A DNA stretch of 64,000 nucleotides, taken from contig JBEPZY010000002.1 in the NCBI GenBank assembly GCA_041640595.1, positions 242,984 to 306,983 of the forward strand, written 5' to 3'. Position numbers and translations under genes: made by a program. Positions 62,064-64,000 of the stretch are shown here, one piece after another. Position 1 is the stretch's first letter, and every line of letters begins with the position of its first letter. The DNA is from Gemmatales bacterium (lineage in GTDB: Bacteria; Planctomycetota; Planctomycetia; Gemmatales; HRBIN36). The notes beneath the pieces are model-generated. The model was not told the DNA's origin. It saw only the letters and a list, made by a program, of their open reading frames with translations, and did no database searches.

Positions 62064-64000
62064 ATGAATCGCGCGGCCAATGCCGGGTTGGGTGCGGGGA
62101 AACTGGGTAGCTTCGGGCTGTTGCTGGCGCTGGCTATATGGATCGCGGCCGAGCCGACCGCTCCGGACGTGGATGCGTGGCTGCGAGCCTATGAGCGGGA
62201 GCGGCAAGAGTTGCGGCAGACCGGCGAGGAACGGTTTTCATCCGATTGGATTGCCCTGGCGGACCGATATGCCGAGCAGGCACGGCAGGCGCTGCGGACG
62301 AGTCAGCGGCAAGCGGCGGAGTGGGCGATATTGCGTGCTCGCTGGATTTTACCGGCGATGCCACCGGATTTGCCAATGGGTGTGCAGCGGATTTTCGGAG
62401 CCACGAAGTTGCGGCATGGTCCATCGGTTCATGCGGTGGCCTGGAGTGAGGATGGCCGTTACTTTGCGACGGCGGGGAGCGATTTGGCGGTGCGTGTCTG
62501 GGATGCCGCTAATGGCCGGGAACTGCGTAGCTTCTCGTTCCAGGAGCGACCGGCAGCGATTGCCTTTGCTCGTAAACGACCCCTGCTGGCGGTCGGTGGG
62601 CATAGCACGGTGGTTCGGGTCTGGGACGTGAGCACCGGACAGGAAGCCTGGCCTGGAGGGTTGCAGGTGCCGAACCCGGCTGGGGCGAGGTTAGTGGTGC
62701 TGGGCGTGGCTTTCGGTGGCGAGGATCGCTATCTGGCGGCAGTTCACTCGCAGCAACAGCTTCTGATGTGGAATCTGAACGATAAAAGCGTCGTCTATCA
62801 GCTGGGGGGGTTCAATGGCCAGCCCAGCAGCGTTGCGTTTTCGTCGGATGGCGAATATGTGGCCAGCGGCGATTCGGGTGGGCTTTTGCGAATCTTTAAA
62901 GCCCAGCAAGGGGCGTTGTGGCGGGCATTTCGCGCAAATAACGGTGCGATTTACGCGGTCACGTTTGTACCGGGCAAGAAGGAAGTAATCGTGGCCGGTC
63001 AGGATAACTTTGTTCGTGTCTTTGACGTTGACCGTTCGCAGGAGTTGATTCGCTGGTCGTCGGGAGCGCAGGGTACGACGGCGGTAGCGGTCAGCGCTGA
63101 CGGTCGGCTGGTGGCGGCCGGGAGTTCCTTGCCGGATGCGGCGGTGCGGGTCTGGCGGATGTCTGACCGCACGTTAGTGCGCACCTTCCGCGGGCATCAG
63201 CATACGGTGCAGGGATTGGCCTTCGACCCATCCGGACGGTTGCTGTTATCGGGCGGGCTGGACGGTCAGCTTCGTTTGTGGGAAGTGGAGAGCGGGCAAT
63301 CGTATCACGAACTGACTGGCCATGAAAACTATGTCTGGAGCGTGGCAGTGCATCCCGACGGCCAGCGGATCGCCAGCGGTGGCGCCGATGGCACAGTACG
63401 CCTCTGGGACAGCCAAACTCGGCGAGCCTTGCACGTCTGGAAACTGCACGACCAGCCGGTTACCTCCGTTGCGTTCAGTCCGGACGGGAAATTGCTGGCC
63501 AGTGCCGGCGGGGATCGCGTCATTCGCTTGGTGGACCCGCAAACCGGCCAGGAAAAGCAACGCCTCGAAGGCCACACCGCCCCGGTAACATGTTTGGCGT
63601 TTCATCCGGAAGGAAAATGGCTGGCCAGCGGTGGTGCGGATCGGCAACTGATCTTATGGGATGTCAGTAGCGGCAAAGCGGTGCAAACGGTGTCTCGCTA
63701 CGGCAGTGTGGTAACGGGTGTGGCGTTTGTGCCGGGTCGGTCCATCCTGGTCAGCAGTGGTGGCGATCAGCAAATTCGCCTGTGGGAACTGCCCCACTTG
63801 CAGGAACCGAACCAGGTCTGGAGCGGGCATCGCCAGGCGATCAGTGCCCTGGCCGCCAGTCCCCGGGGCGATCTGCTTGCCAGTGCCGATGGCGACGGGC
63901 AAATTGTCCTGTGGCAGGTCAGCTCCGCGCAAAAACGAGCCGTGCTTTCCGGACACACCGGGCCGGTGAGCGCACTGGCGTTTTCTTCGGACGGGAGATT
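62064..64000 (+). CDS. WD40-repeat protein (partial, runs off the window end)
   Basis: RBS aggag; MNRAANAG... hydrophobic N-region, then many GH...V..VAFSPDG..LAS...D..VRLWD repeats; no stop seen before 64000. Confidence 0.88.
   Translation, partial: MNRAANAGLGAGKLGSFGLLLALAIWIAAEPTAPDVDAWLRAYERERQELRQTGEERFSSDWIALADRYAEQARQALRTSQRQAAEWAILRARWILPAMPPDLPMGVQRIFGATKLRHGPSVHAVAWSEDGRYFATAGSDLAVRVWDAANGRELRSFSFQERPAAIAFARKRPLLAVGGHSTVVRVWDVSTGQEAWPGGLQVPNPAGARLVVLGVAFGGEDRYLAAVHSQQQLLMWNLNDKSVVYQLGGFNGQPSSVAFSSDGEYVASGDSGGLLRIFKAQQGALWRAFRANNGAIYAVTFVPGKKEVIVAGQDNFVRVFDVDRSQELIRWSSGAQGTTAVAVSADGRLVAAGSSLPDAAVRVWRMSDRTLVRTFRGHQHTVQGLAFDPSGRLLLSGGLDGQLRLWEVESGQSYHELTGHENYVWSVAVHPDGQRIASGGADGTVRLWDSQTRRALHVWKLHDQPVTSVAFSPDGKLLASAGGDRVIRLVDPQTGQEKQRLEGHTAPVTCLAFHPEGKWLASGGADRQLILWDVSSGKAVQTVSRYGSVVTGVAFVPGRSILVSSGGDQQIRLWELPHLQEPNQVWSGHRQAISALAASPRGDLLASADGDGQIVLWQVSSAQKRAVLSGHTGPVSALAFSSDGR

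Overview
GC-rich bacterial chromosome window, most likely Planctomycetota. This rests on the DUF1501/DUF1549/DUF1553 genes, an LEDR-type (LEPR-XLL-like) N-terminus, the rpmB-gatC-gatA order, and zinc-ribbon, WD40 and ELWxxDGT proteins. Most content is housekeeping: pdhAB, an hsp20 pair, nnrE, rpmE-prfA-prmC-pyrG, mutT-like, usp, ispG, bamA, prpBC, gatAC and rpmB. The best candidate for an undescribed system is a two-gene graspetide (omega-ester RiPP) locus at 42831-44325. A PsnB-like ATP-grasp ligase faces a convergently encoded 164-aa precursor with four TTxxxxEE cores plus one degenerate core, placed behind an apparent twin-arginine (Tat) signal peptide. Other notable features are: eight mosaic REP-palindrome clusters (about 8 kb in total) with covarying stems and shuffled linker modules; repeated unrelated intergenic direct-repeat pairs or mini-arrays with a 66-76 bp period; a lower-GC island carrying a fragmented RHS core, a Gly-zipper toxin-like tip and a candidate immunity gene; a sigma-54 promoter upstream of hsp20; a TPR/sigma-54-activator operon; and a compositionally mosaic ELWxxDGT gene. 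No rRNA, tRNA, cas or transposase gene was recognised. All calls come from motif recognition by eye; no database searches were run, and cluster boundaries are approximate.
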